Source: Azolla caroliniana
Taxonomy: Eukaryota; Plantae; Polypodiophyta
DNA: 64,000 nt
Direction of reading: 5' to 3'
NCBI GenBank assembly: GCA_043228905.1
Contig: JBHGNT010000014.1
Coordinates: 16,368,001-16,432,000 of the forward strand
The translations under genes were made by a program, and so were the position numbers. Shown one piece after another: positions 63,140 to 64,000 of the stretch. Position 1 is the stretch's first letter, and each line of letters begins with the position of its first letter. The notes below the pieces were generated by a model. The model searched no databases. It had not been told where the DNA came from and worked only from the letters and a program-made list of their open reading frames with translations.

Positions 63140-64000
63140 TATTTACATCCTATTGTTTGTGGGAATTAGGTTTTTCACCTTTCACACTCTGTATCAATCT
63201 CCCACTAAAGACCAAAAGTTGGCGAAATTGATGGGAAGATTGTACAAGACCTAAACATGTTACACAATATACACCAGACAAATTGTGTAATATGAAGAAC
63301 TAAGTGATTCCCATCAAGTGACAACAATATACGCTAGGGAATTACATTTTTGGCCTTTCACATGCTATGTATCCATGTCCCATTAAAGGCCAAAATTTGA
63401 TGAAATTGATGGGAAGATTGCACAAGACCTACACATGTTACACAGTTTACACAAGGGAAAAACTGTGTAACTTGAAGAACTAAGTGATTCCCAACGTGTC
63501 ATGCAGTGGATCTTTCATCAATGCATCAACGCCATTTTCTTGAGAAACAACCTTCTCAAGATTAATGCAACCAATGTCTATGCATTCCTGGATGAAATGC
63601 TATCACACTCCAATGTGCTTGGGCTTTGCATGATAAACCGGATTTTTGGCCAATGCAATTGCACTATGACTGTCACAAAACAATATGCTTTTGCTCATGA
63701 ACTCCTTTTCATCATCAGATTTGGAACATTCATTTTTGCCTAGTTTTACATGCATAGATAATGGTGAACTCAAAGGTTTTGCACTGTCCAGAGTAATCCT
63801 CTTGAGTATTTTGGATATATACCCATGCTAAGCATGTGTTTTGCATTTCCCAATATTTTCATGTTAAATTTTGACTCAGTTTTGTCTTTAGATAACCCAT
63901 CCTTGTTTTTATCGACGATGAGTATGCCATCTATATAGAGTATTAAAATCACATATGTGCCATCTAGAGATTTCTTCGTATAGAGACACAAGTCTTCATT
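63140..64000 (-). mobile_element. 3' part of a decayed Ty1/copia element running off the right edge
   Basis: Minus strand CLYTKK..ILILYIDGILI (RT) and FCDSHSAIALAKNPVYHAKPKHI (RNase H); ~180-bp duplication in the 3' UTR; PPT-like AGTGGGAGAT before TG at 63196. Confidence 0.8.

Overview
Land-plant nuclear DNA, probably a non-seed plant such as a fern (inferred, not proven), dominated by transposons. Host genes: an intronless glyoxal oxidase (17119-18894, -), three intronless histone H2B genes (25746-26216 -, 42832-43302 +, 45703-46158 +) and a 3-exon DUF1218 membrane-protein gene (48280-50052, -). Transposons: a nested stack at 1-11.7 kb (LINE, decayed copia A, near-intact copia B and a solo LTR), a three-LTR copia (29234-36051), a hAT-type MITE, and decayed L1/LINE, gypsy and copia remnants. 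Two observations stand out. (1) Two of the three H2B genes carry a metazoan/algal-style histone 3' stem-loop (GGTGTT-TTTY-AACACC-ACC) followed at identical spacing by a shared CTGATGAT element, although flowering-plant histone mRNAs lack this signal. (2) A decayed, intron-containing gene (about 27110-36925, split by the copia) fuses a ParB-like domain to a prokaryote-type beta-class N6-adenine/N4-cytosine DNA methyltransferase domain and is preceded by an array of palindromic repeats. All calls are by eye from the sequence and ORF track; no searches were run.
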